DNA of 63,754 nucleotides, filler included, from Reclinomonas americana ATCC 50394 (lineage: Eukaryota): NCBI GenBank assembly GCA_048213135.1. It is 4 parts of one record of this genome, joined end to end, with 100 filler letters (N's around TTAATTAATTAA, not from the genome) between each part and the next. Parts side by side here need not be neighbours in the genome. Positions count along the whole stretch, not along the records: positions 49,102 to 63,754 come from PS015036.1; 3 more parts are not named here. One strand, written 5' to 3'. Both the position numbers and the translations under genes were made by a program. This document shows positions 50,488 through 63,655 of this stretch, piece after piece. The notes under the pieces were generated by a model, which was not told the origin of the DNA, ran no database searches, and saw only the letters and a program-made list of their open reading frames with translations. Position 1 is the first letter of the stretch, and every line of letters starts with the position of its first letter.

Positions 50488-53060
50488 GTACGATGTTGAG
50501 GTGATGATCCCCGGGCGACGGGCCAATGAACGAGCGCGCGCTGTGGTGTGGACCATGCACAGGCGGTATCGGCTGTTTCCGGATAAAGTGCTCGGCGCGG
50601 GAGGTTAGGAAAGTGGGAATGAGCAGAAAGATCATGATTGCAGTGGGGGACGCAGAGTCTCTCAATCTCACTCTCTCTTCTCCTGAGCCACACGTGACGG
50701 ATAGCAGGGGTTGCAGAGAGGCAGAGGCTGATTCTCTTTGCCTTGCCTGGGCCACTTTTGAAGAGAACTAGGCACAGTGAGACTCCTCTCTTGCCTGAGC
50801 AACACGCGATAGACAGCAGGAGGAGTACAGTGAGGAAGTGTCTGCTTCTCTCTCGCTCGTTCTCTCTCTCTCTCTATGTGTGTGTGTGTGTATGTCCCCT
50901 TCTATGCTCTCCTGCCCTCTCTCTCGCGTGAGCCATACGTGAATGGACGCAGGATAGTAGAGTACGGGGGCTTCTCTCCCCCTCACCCAGCTGCACGTGA
51001 GAGAAAGCACGAAAACCCCCGAGGTCTTCCATGAATGGATGCAGGATAGTTCGAGAGTAGTTGAGCACGAGGATTTCCTCATCCCCCTTGTCCAGCTGCG
51101 CCTTTTAGAGGAAGCGCAGAATCTTGCCGCAGCACGTGGCCTCGCTCTCCCCTCTCTTGCCTGAATCACGAGAAAGAGAGCAGACACAGTGAGCGTTTCG
51201 AGAGCATTACACGTTCTGATTGAAGCACGAGTCACTTACACTTGCGTCCCTCGTTTGTTTGCGCAGCGTACGGTGTGGTGGTGTTGCGTCCTCTTCCCCT
51301 CCCTCCACTACATCCGTCTCCCACGTATTCTTATCTCTCTTCTCTCTGTCAGCGGGGGGCTTGACACGCGAGACAATTGTTATGTCGCGGTCAAGCGCAT
51401 GGACATTGGTTCGACATTTGCGCCATTCGTGGTCGCCCGGCGTGCGTATCGCGAGGTGAAGCTGCTGATGCCACTCGACCACCCGAATGTTGCGTAGCCG
51501 AGTCGACAACTCAGCACTTTTAAACGTCGTCTCACTTTCCACGTGCATCGCACACACAGATCATCAAGCTGCGTGACGTGATGAAGATGCCCGACAAGGA
51601 GTCGTGCAACACGGTGTACTTGGTGTTTGAGAAGATGGACACGACACTGACGTGGTTCGTGAGCGCGCCTCATTCTTGGACCTCCTCACCGGTCCCGTCT
51701 GCTCACTCGCTGAGTCGTGCAGGGTCATTCGTTCGCCGCAGCCTCTCAGCACCGAACACATTCGCACGTTCATGTATCAGATTTTGCGAGGATTGCGCTA
51801 CCTCAAATCGCGCTGTGTAATTCATCGCGATATGTTGCGTGCCGATTGCGAACTTTTAGCTCAGTCGTGGTGGTGTTTCGTGCGTGATCAGCAAGCTCCG
51901 TTAGCTCCAACTTGCCTGACCAGAAGACTCGCGGATTCTACGTCTCCTTGTGCTTCATTCTCTCCGCAGCACCTGTGTTCGACTCTCTTTCCCCGGTGCC
52001 TCAGCTGGCTCGACCAGTTAGAATCGTGCATTCTCTGTCTCCGTGTGCTTATGTCTCTCTGCAGCTCCTGTGCTTGACTCTCCTTCCTGGTGCCTCAGCT
52101 GGCTCGACCAGTAAGAATCGTGCATTCTCTGTCTCCTTGCGCTTTAATCTCTCCGCAGCTCCTGTGCTTGACTCTTCTTCCTGGTGCTTCAGTTGGCTTG
52201 CTCGCGCATGCTCTTTCTCTCTGTGTTTCTCTCTGAGGCACCTGTGTCTGATTGTCATCCGTGACTCTTGAGACTCGTGCCAGCTTTGTCTTTGTGCTTG
52301 TTTCCTACCTGCGGCTTCTGTGGTTATTTGTCTTCCCTGGCGCTTCAGTTGTCTCTTCCAACGGAGACTTGTGCATTTTCCCTCTCAGCCCCATCATGTG
52401 CATGTCTTCCTCGGCGGTTGTACATGCTGTGTTCTCTCTTCCCCTCACTTCCCTCCCCCCTCCCTCCCCACTTCCGCCACACAGCAAACCAAGCAACCTC
52501 CTGGTCAACGCCAACTGCGACGTGAAGATTTGCGACTTTGGTCTGGCACGCGGTGCGTGGTACGGCGAGACAGATGCCGTGGCCGAGATGGTCATCAATC
52601 GGACGTACCCCGTGGTCACCATCTGGTACCGCGCGCCCGAGCTGCTGTGCCGTTCTCGCAACTATTCGTACGCCAGTTGCGTCGTATGTTCCACTTGTTT
52701 ACCGGCTGCAAGGCAGAGTGCTAAAATGAGGGATGTGCAGTCGACATGTGGGCCACCGGCTGCATTTTTGCTCAACTCATGCTCCGCGCTCCACTGTTTA
52801 AGGCCGACCGAGGTATTTCGGCGGAGCGAGAAAAGGCAGTCAACGTTATGATGCTGATTGTGTGTTCGTGCAGAGGAGGAGCTGTTCACATCGATGATCT
52901 CTGTGCTCGGGTCGCCATCCAAGCAGGATCTGGAGGAAATGGAGATTCAAGATGTGGATCTGTTCATGCAACAACTCGGTCCACCCGTCGCACCTCGTGA
53001 ACTTGCCGAACTGTTTCCCGGCGCTGATGCTGATGGTGCGCGCCTGCTTCTGCTCGTCGT

Positions 53061-53101
<41 letters not shown>

Positions 53102-53173
53102 TCTTCTCTCTCTTCTTCCTCCTCCTCTCTCTCTCTCTCTCNNNNNNNNNNNNNNNNNNNNGTCGTCGTCGTC

Positions 53174-53238
<65 letters not shown>

Positions 53239-53512
53239 TCCCTGCCTCCCTCCCTTCCTCCCTCCCTCCCTCCCTCCCTCCCTTTCTCCCTCCCTCCCTC
53301 CTTCCACAATGATGAATCCTGATTCTCCCCTTCTCACCACAGATGGCATGTGGGAGGAGATTGTCAAGTTGTACCCACCAGCCGCAGAGGGTGGTGCGTC
53401 CTCAAGTTGGGACGGGCTGCCGGCTGCCGCGCCCGCTGCCCCAGGTCCGTCACCAATGGCCGTGTCACCTGCACCACCAGCACCAGCAGCACCACCAGCG
53501 GCTCCACCATAA
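50488..53512 (+). CDS. MAP kinase (CMGC) with an atypical activation loop; start uncertain, part lost in an N gap
   Basis: [109 protein letters not shown]. Confidence 0.88.
51961..52205. repeat. Degenerate ~95 bp tandem repeat (about 3 copies) in a MAPK intron
   Basis: Recurring gcagc.cctgtg...gactct...ggtgcctcagctggctcgaccagt.agaatcgtgcattctctgtctcc units. Confidence 0.65.
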
Positions 53513-53593
53513 GAGTTGCCTCGCCACAAGGTGCACCTTACGTGTCTGCTTCATTTTTATATCAGACATTTTTGGCGACGAATTCCCTCACTC

Positions 53594-56500
53594 CTATCGA
53601 TCTTGCGACAGGATGATGATGCTGTAGGCACCGATGGATGTATCCGCGTAAAACAAATAACCATCGCGACGTCCGCTCACTGCCTCCACGCTCCTGTCGT
53701 ATATAACAAAAGGGTGGCATAAGGGTTCTTTTCTTGCGACACACGCGCGGCAACAACGCAACTGGCCGACTGGCAAGCCGTCATTGTGCAGTATCTCGTG
53801 GTAGGCGCCGCTGTCGCTGTTGAACCTGTGCGGCAATCAACAGTCAGCCATGGCGTCCACTCACCCCCACATCGCCGTCGCCGCCGCAAGAGACGTACCG
53901 AACAACCCAGCGTCCAGGCCGTGGCAGACCGATACGATACACGGGGAACTTGGTGTTCGAAAAGTTGGCCAGCACAATGACATCGTCACCCGGGCCGCCG
54001 CGATCCCTGCCCACATCATATTAGCGACCTGACCGCCAACAAAGAAGCGATCAGTAACACAAGCAAACCATCGGTGGAACAAGATGGCAGGCGCCGCCTG
54101 GTTCGAGTGATGCACGCGAACGTGTTGCCCAGTGAGACCACGAGTCGTGCCGTCCTTGTTCAGTCGCAGGCGCAGTAGATCAGAAAGCATCATGAACATG
54201 GCTGCGTGCAACGTAAGGTGATGAGCAACGCGATGCACTCCCTTCCTTCACAAACAAAACGCCCTCACCTCGCCCGGCGCCCCGTTCACGTCGCGTCATG
54301 TCGAAAACCGGCGGTGCTGGCCACTTGTGCGGGCTCTGCCACTCGGCCACCTCCTGGCCCTGCAGAAGCATGGGAATGCCCGGTGCGCACAGCAACATGG
54401 CATTGACGAGACTCGCTCGCTTCAGCGAAAAGTAGTTTTCGCCTTGCGTGCGATGCGAGATGGCCTCCACCAACCGGTGCTGTGCGCACAATGAGCCACT
54501 CCTTGACATGTGCAAATCTATATCACATGCAGCCACAAACCTGCCGATCAGCGGGCACCGTGTCGTGCGACTCGGTGTAGATCAGGCGAGAAAAGCCGTC
54601 GGTGGTGAAGCGGTCGACAAGAACCTCGCGCACGAGCTGCATGTCACGTGCCTTGTCCGAGTGTTGAGTGGCGGCATTGTACATGACGGAGAAGAAGCGC
54701 GCGTCCCACTGCGAGTCGCAGCAGCAACCGCCACCATTCATGATCGGATCGTGCTGCATATCCTCCGCAATCACGTGGCAGTCGGGGAAACGCATGTGAA
54801 TGTCGTCGCAGATTTCCTACAATGCAGCAGTAAGTCGGCCATTATCCCCCCACACACGCAAGTACATGCATGTACCTGCAGAAGCGTGTAGGCCTCAGGC
54901 AACTCCTCATTGGCCGTCGTGCGGCGCATGGTATTCGTGGAGTCGATGCGCAGGCCGTCCACGTGATACACCTCGAACCACTCCATCATTGAGTCGCGAA
55001 TGTAGCGCCGCACGTGCGGCTTGCTGAAATCGGGACGCGGACCGTACGGCGTGTCACTGTGGGCGAAATAGTGAGTGCAAGTAGAGGGGAAAAGAATCGT
55101 GAGGTGACCCGGCCGTACCGCTTCTTGTCGTTGGGATAGAACCAGCAATTGGGCAGCACACTCTCCGAACTGTGCAGGGCGTTCAGCGTCTCACTGCAGA
55201 GTGGGAAAAGAAACAAAGCTAAACGCACCTCATGTGGTTCGGCACGACGTCAATGATCACCGCAATGTGCAGCTCGTGTGCCGCATTGACGAGAGCCTTG
55301 AGGTCGTCCGGTGTACCGTACTCGCGGTGAATGGCAAACAGGGAGACTGTGCAGCGATGCACAGCGTCAGAAAAGGTGGGTTTCTCGTTGACGTACACAC
55401 TGTTCTAGTGCCGCAACTCGGATCGTAGCCCCAGCACTGCGAGTGGCGATCTGCGCACTTAAACACCAGTGAGCGACGAGAACACCTGCACACATAGCAC
55501 ACCGTCCATGCACGTCACCTTGCGTGACCGGCATGAGCTGAATGGCAGTCGCGCCGAGGTCTGCCAAGTGTTGCAAGCCGGCAATGGCACTCTGGAAGGT
55601 GCCGTGCATCTGACCCGCCGGCACCACAAACGACCCAATGTGCATCTCGTAAATGATAAGGTGCTCTGCGCCAACACGAGATGGCGATGAGTGGGAAAGT
55701 CAGCGCAACAGGTAAGAGGAGAGCACACCTCTCGGAGGCGGCTTGTAGCCGGCGTCGGTCCACGCAAACTGCATGTGATCCCACACAACACTGTGCATGC
55801 GTTGACGGCCACGCAGGTCGCTGGCCACCACGACGGCCGATCGCGGATCCACCAGCGTGATTTGCGTGCCAGTGGCCGTGGTGGCCACCAGGGTGTACTG
55901 CTGCCCGCACCTCGCCTGCGGCACAGTGCCACAAAAGAAGCCATCGTCGTCTACTCACACGCAGTCCACGGTAAGAACACAGCAAGAGCAAGGCACGTGC
56001 AGGGCGCGCCACCTACCAACACGATCCAGCGGGCAAGCGCCCACCGTCCAGTCGTTAAACTCGCCCACCACGCAGGCAGAGACGGCCGTCGGTTCCCACA
56101 TGGAGAAGAAGAGTCCGGCACCTCCGTCGTCCACATGAGCAAACGGAGTCGCGCTCTCCCGATACAGCCCACGAGCTCTTTAAGAGTAGCCACAGATTGA
56201 GGATATAAAGCGCATACAGTAGAACTAGGGCAACACGCAACTCCTCCAGTGGTCGCACAGAGATGGTCGAGACCAGCTCGAAACCGCAATGATTGCACGG
56301 CTGTTCCAACTGACGCAGAGGTCGTCGTTGTCCGCACCGGTAACACTCAAAGTAGTCGTCGACACTGGAAGGAGCTGCAGCAGACAAGGCACCGATGGCA
56401 TGCGAGGCCAGGGCCAGTGAGCGCGATCCACTGTCCGCTCGTCGCGTGTGACACACCTATTCTCGACCATGATCAGACAGACAAGGCGGGAGAATAGCAC

Positions 56501-56898
56501 AGGTGCGTGAGAGGCATCGAGTGACGTACCCTGCACGCAGTGGCACTGTCGTTGTTGTCGTACTTGCAGCGCGGGCAGAACCACACTGCCTGCGCAGAGA
56601 CAAAGGATCAGTCAGTGATGATCATTCTCTCATTGCCTCTTCTTCCTCACACACACACCGATGCAGCTGACAAGGCGGCCACCAGTTCCTCAGTGTCGCG
56701 CACTTCTTGGGGCACTGCTGCGGCCGCGGAGGCAGAGGATCCGGAGGCAGAGAGAACAGGAGGAGGTGCGGCCCACACGGTCTCGGGGTAACCACAAGAG
56801 GCGCAGGAGAGTTGGAACCCGTGTTCGTCGAACTCGAGAGGGGTCGAGCGAAGGCATTGTGGGCACGCCCACAACTCAGGCTCGTCCGCGCCCGCCAT
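53594..56898 (-). CDS. GH13 CBM48-containing enzyme (branching-enzyme/TreZ-like) with N-terminal CxxC zinc ribbons
   Basis: VVGEFNDW, IIYEMHIGSF, LADLGATAIQLMPV, WGYDP, YGTPDDLKALVNAAH, DVVPNH, catalytic DGLRID / IAED / TESHD, PGIPMLLQGQE, GGPGDDVIVLANF, RFNSD, IGAYSIIILSQD*. Confidence 0.85.
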
Positions 56899-57088
56899 GT
56901 CGACAGCAAAAATCCTGTCATGGCTTGTCCTGTTCGTGTTCTCGCCCCTCTTGTCTTTGCACGAGTTGGCTTGTCTCTGTCTGTTGTCTGTCCACCGCGG
57001 AGACGAAAGATTTTTCGCGTTTCATTCACGGCACATGACAAAGAGGCAAAAGAAGAAGAAAGGAACAAGCCACCGGAAGGTTGGCAGC

Positions 57089-60000
57089 TTACGCTGTGCG
57101 ACCAAACGCAGCCCAGCTGTAGTCGACCTGCGAGACTGCGCCAGTGGTGACTGCGAAGCACACCTGGAGCGAGGCGGCGGTGATGGCGCCCGTGGTGAGG
57201 CTGAAGTTGTATGCGCTGTTCGACGAGGTGGCACGGTATCCGCGCACGAATACGGCGGCCACTGGCGCGCTGGTGAAGTGTCCGCTGGAGAACGTGATGG
57301 TGTCTGCAGGGCAACCGGCAGCCGAAACCGTACCCTCGCCGGCCAGCAAGCCGTATCCGCTGGGTGAGCTGTCGGGGAACGACAGGTACTCTGCGTGTAC
57401 GCAAAAGTCAGATTTTACACGAGCTGCACAGACAAGCGCGCAATACGCAACGGTAGGTGAGACGCGACATGCGGGTATCGCCGTACAGCACCGCCTGATA
57501 GCGGAAGTCGCGGCGGCCGACACCGACAAACACACCGCCCGAGAACGACGTGTCAAAGCCGGTGGCGCTGTACAGTGCACGCAGGGAGGTCACCAGCGAC
57601 GGGGTGGAGGCATACGGGCCGAGGCTGCTTGCCCGATCCTGCTGCCGCACAGTCGGCAACACGTCGCCGCTGGGCGCCCACCAATCGCGGCGGAGTTGTG
57701 AGGAGAAGTAGACGGCGCCTTGCGACGTGAGCGACACGTCACGCGGCGTGTATTGCGCCAGCACGTTGATCTCCAGGTTCTGCACGTAGGAGTGAGCATC
57801 AACGACAACGAGGACAATCTGCATTTACTACTGCGTACCGACACCGAAGTCGAGCCGTAGGTGAGGCAGCGGATGGTGATGCCGAATGCGTCAAACTTGC
57901 TGCTCACACACAATATACCACGAATGGGCAAGAGCGTTCATACTTTGAGACACAGTCAACAGGTGCACGCAACGTGGCAGCACAGTACACACGGCTGTCG
58001 GTCACACCGAAACCAATGCCGGAGAAACCAGTGATGACGGCCGGACGGCGGGCTGAGTATTTGCAGTCAGAGAGAGACGATTGCCAACGTACAAGAGAAA
58101 GGGACCAATCGATCGTACCGAATCGCTGCGGGAAAGTGATCTGGGTGACCAAGGTGCGCGTGCCCGGTGGCGCGTCAAACATGGAAGCCGTCCACTCGGG
58201 TGTCGGACCGACGGCTGGCGTAATCTGAGCCGTGTACACCTCTGCAGAATGAAAGAGAGAAGAAAAGCACGTGGTTACCATACTGGCAAAACACAGGAGC
58301 ACCCGAGTGACGCACGGCTGCCAATGGTCAAGAGACCGCGCGAGTTCTCGTCCGTGAGCGGCAGGTTGATCCACGTGCCACCCGCGTTCTGTCGGTAGCA
58401 CACTTGCATGGCGCGGCTCGGGGCGGCCACACTCAGCTTCACAACAAACGTCTGGTACACTGAGGTGTGCGGCAGCAGTTGCAAGAAGCCAGACGGTTCT
58501 GCGGTGGTGCTTGCAAAGCGCGTGACATCGGCATCGTCGGCGCCATTGCATGTGCCAGCGTTGCTCAGGGTCTCGATGGCGAACTCGGCGCAATCCGTAA
58601 ACTGGCCTTGCAGCGTGAGAGCAACCTGAGTTGCTGTCGGCTGGGGAGTGAAAGGGGAAGTCAGTCGCACAAGCACCACATCAAGTAGAGAGAGAGAGAG
58701 AGGAGGGAAAGTAGTACGCACGGCAAACTCAGGATGCGTCCACGTCGGCGTCGACGCGAAAGCTGCAGTAAAGACCGACGAGGACAAGTCAGTATGACAG
58801 ACAAGGAAATCTTTGCGGACATCCAACGCAACGAATGACTTGGATGGTGCGAATGGGCACGTACGACTCGCTGGCGCTCCACTGCACGCAGATCGACAGG
58901 TTGTTGCTCAGCGACGGTGCGCTGACATTGAACGCGCCAGTGCAGTCGGCACGCGTGCTAACGGCGAGAATGTATCGGCTTCCGGTCGGCGCGCTGACGG
59001 CCGTGGCGCTGATGGAGGCGTTGGGGACGGCAGTTGGCGTGCCGGCCGTCGACGCCAAGCAGTCGGTGTCGGAAGAGAGCACGAAAGTGGCGCCGGTGAG
59101 CGGGAACTGTGCGCCAGTGAACTTCATTTGCGCATTGGCGATGCCAGTCGGAATCTGTGTGGCCGTGTCGGCGGCGAACGTGGCCTTCACTGCAGTCACA
59201 CAAGAGACACAAAAATGTTAGCGGGAAGAACAAAGACAAGAGGGTAGAGACGGATGTTTCTCGTAACGCAACAGACGTGCACGGTTCCGTTGATCACGGC
59301 GCGGTAGGTGCCAGAGGCGTTCAGGTTGGCGCACAGCGTGAGGCCGTAGCGTCCGACAGTCTGCAGGGAGGTGTCGAACTTGAGGGTGACGTCGGTGAGG
59401 CCCGTGTACGTCTGCACCGTGGTCGGGATGGTGGCCGAGTAGTTGGAGCCGGTAGTGCACGACGAGGTCGTGAAGAGGGCATACGTGTCGGTGGCCTGGA
59501 AGCCGGCGGCGTTGGTGTTGAACTGCACCAGAATGTTGGCCTGCGACGACGTCAAGTAGACGGGAGTTGGGGCGGCAAAGCACGGTCCGTTCACAACCAG
59601 GGTGCTACCGGTCCACGTCACCACCGTGTTGCCGCTGACGTCGCTGGTGGCGCACACGTAAACAGGGGTGAGTCGACGATCAGGGTGAGCCGTTGTGTCA
59701 ACGATCCACGTCTGGGCCGTCGAGGTGCCACCGGCTTGCGGCGTGATGGCTATAGTGCCCGCGTACGCGGTGAGGCAGTCGGCCGCCGTGAACAAGCTAT
59801 ACGATGAGGTGGCAGCAAGCGGCACCGCAAACAGATCCTTGCCGCTGACGGCGACGGACTGCAGGCCAAGGCTGGTGCAAGTGCCCGCATTCACCGAGAA
59901 GGGACTGTCGCAAGCAAGGGAGGGAGAGGGTGGGTGAAGGATTTCGACGGGTACAGCACCGCTGCTCACATCACTTACCGAGGCACCGTCACGCACGGCC

Positions 60001-61228
60001 GGTCAATGTTGACAATGTTGCCGGTGTTGCTGTAGTTGCCCTCGACGGCGGTCTTCATGCACAGGAAGAGGCCGGTGAGCGAGGTGGACTGGAACACGGT
60101 GTTGAAGCCGAGTGTCTGGTTAGCCGCATCCGAGTAGGCGCGCACAGTGATCACCACATTGGTGTTGGCGCTGGCAGCCGCGCAGTCGGCGCTGGTGAAC
60201 AGCTGGTACGACAGGCCGGCAGTGGCCGGGGCGGGGAAGTCGGTGCCCACCACCACAATATCCTGCGGGTTGGTGACGCACGAGCCGGCGCGCAGCGGCG
60301 TAATGACCGGCGTGGTCACGCAGGCACCTGTCAACAGGGGTGAGTAAAGCGTGCAACGATAGAGAGTGAATGGAAATGAAGACAACTGACCATTGAGGTT
60401 GACACTCGTGCCAGTGTAAGCGTAGGTGCCGGTGGCCGTGGAGCGCGAGCACAGGTATCCCGTGGCATTCGCCGCACCAGAAGCGCTCGTGTACGACACC
60501 GTCGACGCCGCCAACGACAAGGTCGCCGTCACCGACGTGACGCAGTTGGTGTCGGAGAAGAGCGCCAAGCTGTTGACCGTGGCCAGGTTGGAGCCGGTGA
60601 CCGCCACCGTCTGCGTGGCAGGCGCACCACCACCGCAGCTGGTCGCCGCAAACTTGATCGCGCGCGGAGCAGTGACACACGCGCCATTGACATTGACAAC
60701 TGCAGTGGTGTCGCTGAACGAGCCACCAGAGGTCGACGACACGCACAACAGCAGACCACTGTGTCACACACACACACACACAATGAGCGATCATTGCTGC
60801 TGCACAGTCACTCACGCAATGAACGCAACGTGCTGCTCAGTGAGTAGCCAGTGGTGTCAAAGGTCAGGTCGACTGAGGTGGCCGAGAGGTTGCTGGCTGT
60901 GATGACAATGTTGTTGATAATGTCGCTGTTCGAGCAGGCGGGGTTGGCCGAGACCACTGCTGTGCGGTAGAGAGTGGTGGAGGCATTGGTGGGCAGTGCT
61001 GCGCCTGCAAAGGTGCGAGTGATGGTGGAAGGAGTGGCGAAGCAGGCGCTCGAGTTGGGCACGAGAGTGATGATGGTGCCAGCGGTCACTGTGTGCATAT
61101 GTGAGAGAGTGTGTTGTGAGAGAGAAGAGTTGGAGGAGAGAGACGCAACACGTCTGTGCATTTGCCACGGAGCAGCACACGAGCAGGAGGAGGACTGCAA
61201 AGAGTGACACGCGAGTGTGCGTCGTCAT
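57089..61228 (-). CDS. Secreted protein with tandem Cys-containing Ig/TIG-like modules and C-terminal H-type lectin-like domains
   Basis: Signal peptide MTTHTRVSLFAVLLLLVCCSVANA; ~110 aa modules (G.C...P...V.G........LF....C...LC.....G.Y); C-terminal ITFPQRF..PAVITGFSGI and ITFSSGHFTSAPVAAV...VDYSWAAFG. No TM seen. Confidence 0.6.
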
Positions 61229-61399
61229 GACTGTGCGTGTGTGTGTGTCGAGTGAGTGAGTGAGTGAGTGAGTGAGTGAGAGAGAGGGCATGCACACCAA
61301 AGTGTCGCGAAACCTTCTTGGTGTTGGTGATTGTGCGCGCGCGCGCGAAAAAACCTTGAGATTTTGATGGTGTTTGTGCAAGATTTCGCGCCAAAAACT

Positions 61400-63634
61400 T
61401 TACTTGGACTTTTTCCGCCGGCTAAATATGGCCGTCTTATGCATCGATCCGCTTCGGCTGGGCGTAAACGAAGGGCCGTTCGTCTTGCCGCCCCTCTTGT
61501 GCGCTCCGGTCTTCTTTTGCTTCTTGTTCCTCTTGTTCTGGCTTGCGGCAGCCTTCTCCGCAGCCTGCAGCTCCGCCAGGTCGGGGTCAGAGTCGTCGCC
61601 GGCGGCTTCGCTGCCGCTGCCGCTGCTGCTGCCCTTGACTACCTCGGCGGTGGTGTCGTCGAACGGCTCGTCTGCGCCGCCAAAGAGCGCCTCAAAGTCT
61701 TTTTCCGAGATCTTGCGCGACTTGAGCTTGCGCAGCAGGCGAGCGTCGTTGGCAAACTCCTCCGCGTCGCGCGCCATGGCATCGCGTTTCCTCTTGAACC
61801 GTTCGCGACGTGTCAGTGGTGTGGCTGCAGCAGCGGCCGCCTTGGCGGCTGCGGTGGCCTTGGCCTTCTGTCGCACCATTTGCTCTGCGCGTCGCGTCTC
61901 GGCCTCGGCCTCCATCTTGAGCATGCGCGCCCGCCGAGCCTGCTCGCGGCTCTTCTCGCGGTACGGAATGTTTGCCACATCGACGTCCTCCATCGGTGGG
62001 AAGCGATCCATGACCTTGCGCAGCTCCGGCATGCGAGGCAGCTGGATGGTGCGATGAGTGGAAGCGGGAGAGGGAGAGGGGGGTGGGAGGGAGAGACGCA
62101 CCGCTACGAGAGAGAACAAGTGGGCCAGCGCAATGAGATCGAGAGCCTTCAGTCGGAAAATGTAGCTGCACTTGTGCTCCCGGTAGCCGCGCACGTATGA
62201 CACATACGCTTTTTGTGCCTTGTCAAAGAAGTCGCGGTCGGTGGCGGCCTCGCGTCGCACCAGCTCAAAGTACCGTAGCCGGTCGGCGTTGGTCGACAGT
62301 CCCGTCGATTTCGACGACACTCGTGCGCCCTCTTCTTCGTCTTCGTCTTCCTCCTCCTCTCCCTCGGCATCGTCCCTCATCTCCGCATCCTCTCCTTCTT
62401 GTGCTGGCCGAGCCTTGAAGGGAGCCAGAAACTCAAACTGTGTGTCCTCGATGGGAACCTTGCCGAGGCGCAAAAACTCTGCACACTCGCTGGTGAGTGA
62501 AAACGCACGCNNNNNNNNNNNNNNNNNNNNNNNNNNNNNNNGTACACACCGTGTCGTGCAACACGAGCGAACCAATGTATGAATCCTCCGCAGGGGTGAG
62601 AAAGAGGAGGGCACGACCGCGGCGACCCATGCGCGCCGTCCTTCCTATTCTGTGTACCATCATGCTGGGATCCTGCGGCGGATCCACTCTGTGCACACCA
62701 CCGTCGCACAGTGAGAACACCATCGTCGCCCCTTCCACCCCCACGCTCGTCAACGCAACTGAATCACAAAGTCAACGTCGGGAATGTCGAGTCCTCGAGC
62801 CGCCACATCGGTGCACACCAGCACACCGCGCTCCGCCTTGACAAACTGCTCGTACGTTCCGGTGCGGCGCTTCGGCACCATTTGCCCGTGCAGCGAGAAC
62901 ACCTCGGTCCGTTCACCGTCGCCAGCCGCCAGACACACACGCAGCACCGACGCAAAGTAGTCCACGCAAGCGCACGTGAGGAAATACACGATGCACTTGT
63001 CGGCCACATGGTGGCGCAGTGTCGCCACCAGTGCCGCGATCTTGTCCTCCAGTCGGCACACCAGGTACTCGTTGGTCAGCCTGCGAGTGACGAAGAAGAA
63101 TGAGCGAGACCGACTGCGTTGCTCTCTGGAATGGCACGCAACGTCTTGGGGATCTTCGAGTCTTTGGGATGTGAAGAGGCGGGTGCCGCAGCCGTGCTGT
63201 CGGTGGCTCGTGGTTGCACGCGGACAGTGACCTTGACAGGGTTGCGCAGACCGGCGCGAATCAATTCCTGCAAGTCGTCCGTTTGGGTGGCCGAGAACAG
63301 GCCCTGGTGTTCGAGCAGCAGATGGTGTGAGTAGTGTGACACGCGAAACGAGGAATGGGAGAATCAACGAGCGAACCGTGCGTCGTTGTTTTGGCAGCCT
63401 GGTGAGAATCGACGAGATCTGGTCGCGGAAACCCAGCTCAAGCAACCTATCCCAGCCGAAATGTGTCAATACCATCATGCACAAAATCGATCATGCACTC
63501 GGTGAGTGCGCACCGATCGGCCTCGTCGAGAATCAGCAGCTCCACGTGCCGCGTGATCAGTCCACGCTCAATGAGGTCACCAAGACGCCCCGGAGTGCCA
63601 ATCACCACCGCACACGATCGCACTCGGCGAAACT
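61400..63634 (-). CDS. DDX55: DEAD-box RNA helicase DDX55/Spb4; 5' end outside the window
   Basis: [101 protein letters not shown]. Confidence 0.93.
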
Positions 63635-63655
63635 CTGCGCAGACAGTCACACAGA

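Noticed and set aside
51961-52205. Spaced repeats as a CRISPR-like array
   Set aside because: Degenerate tandem units inside a spliceosomal intron, with no unique spacers and no cas genes.
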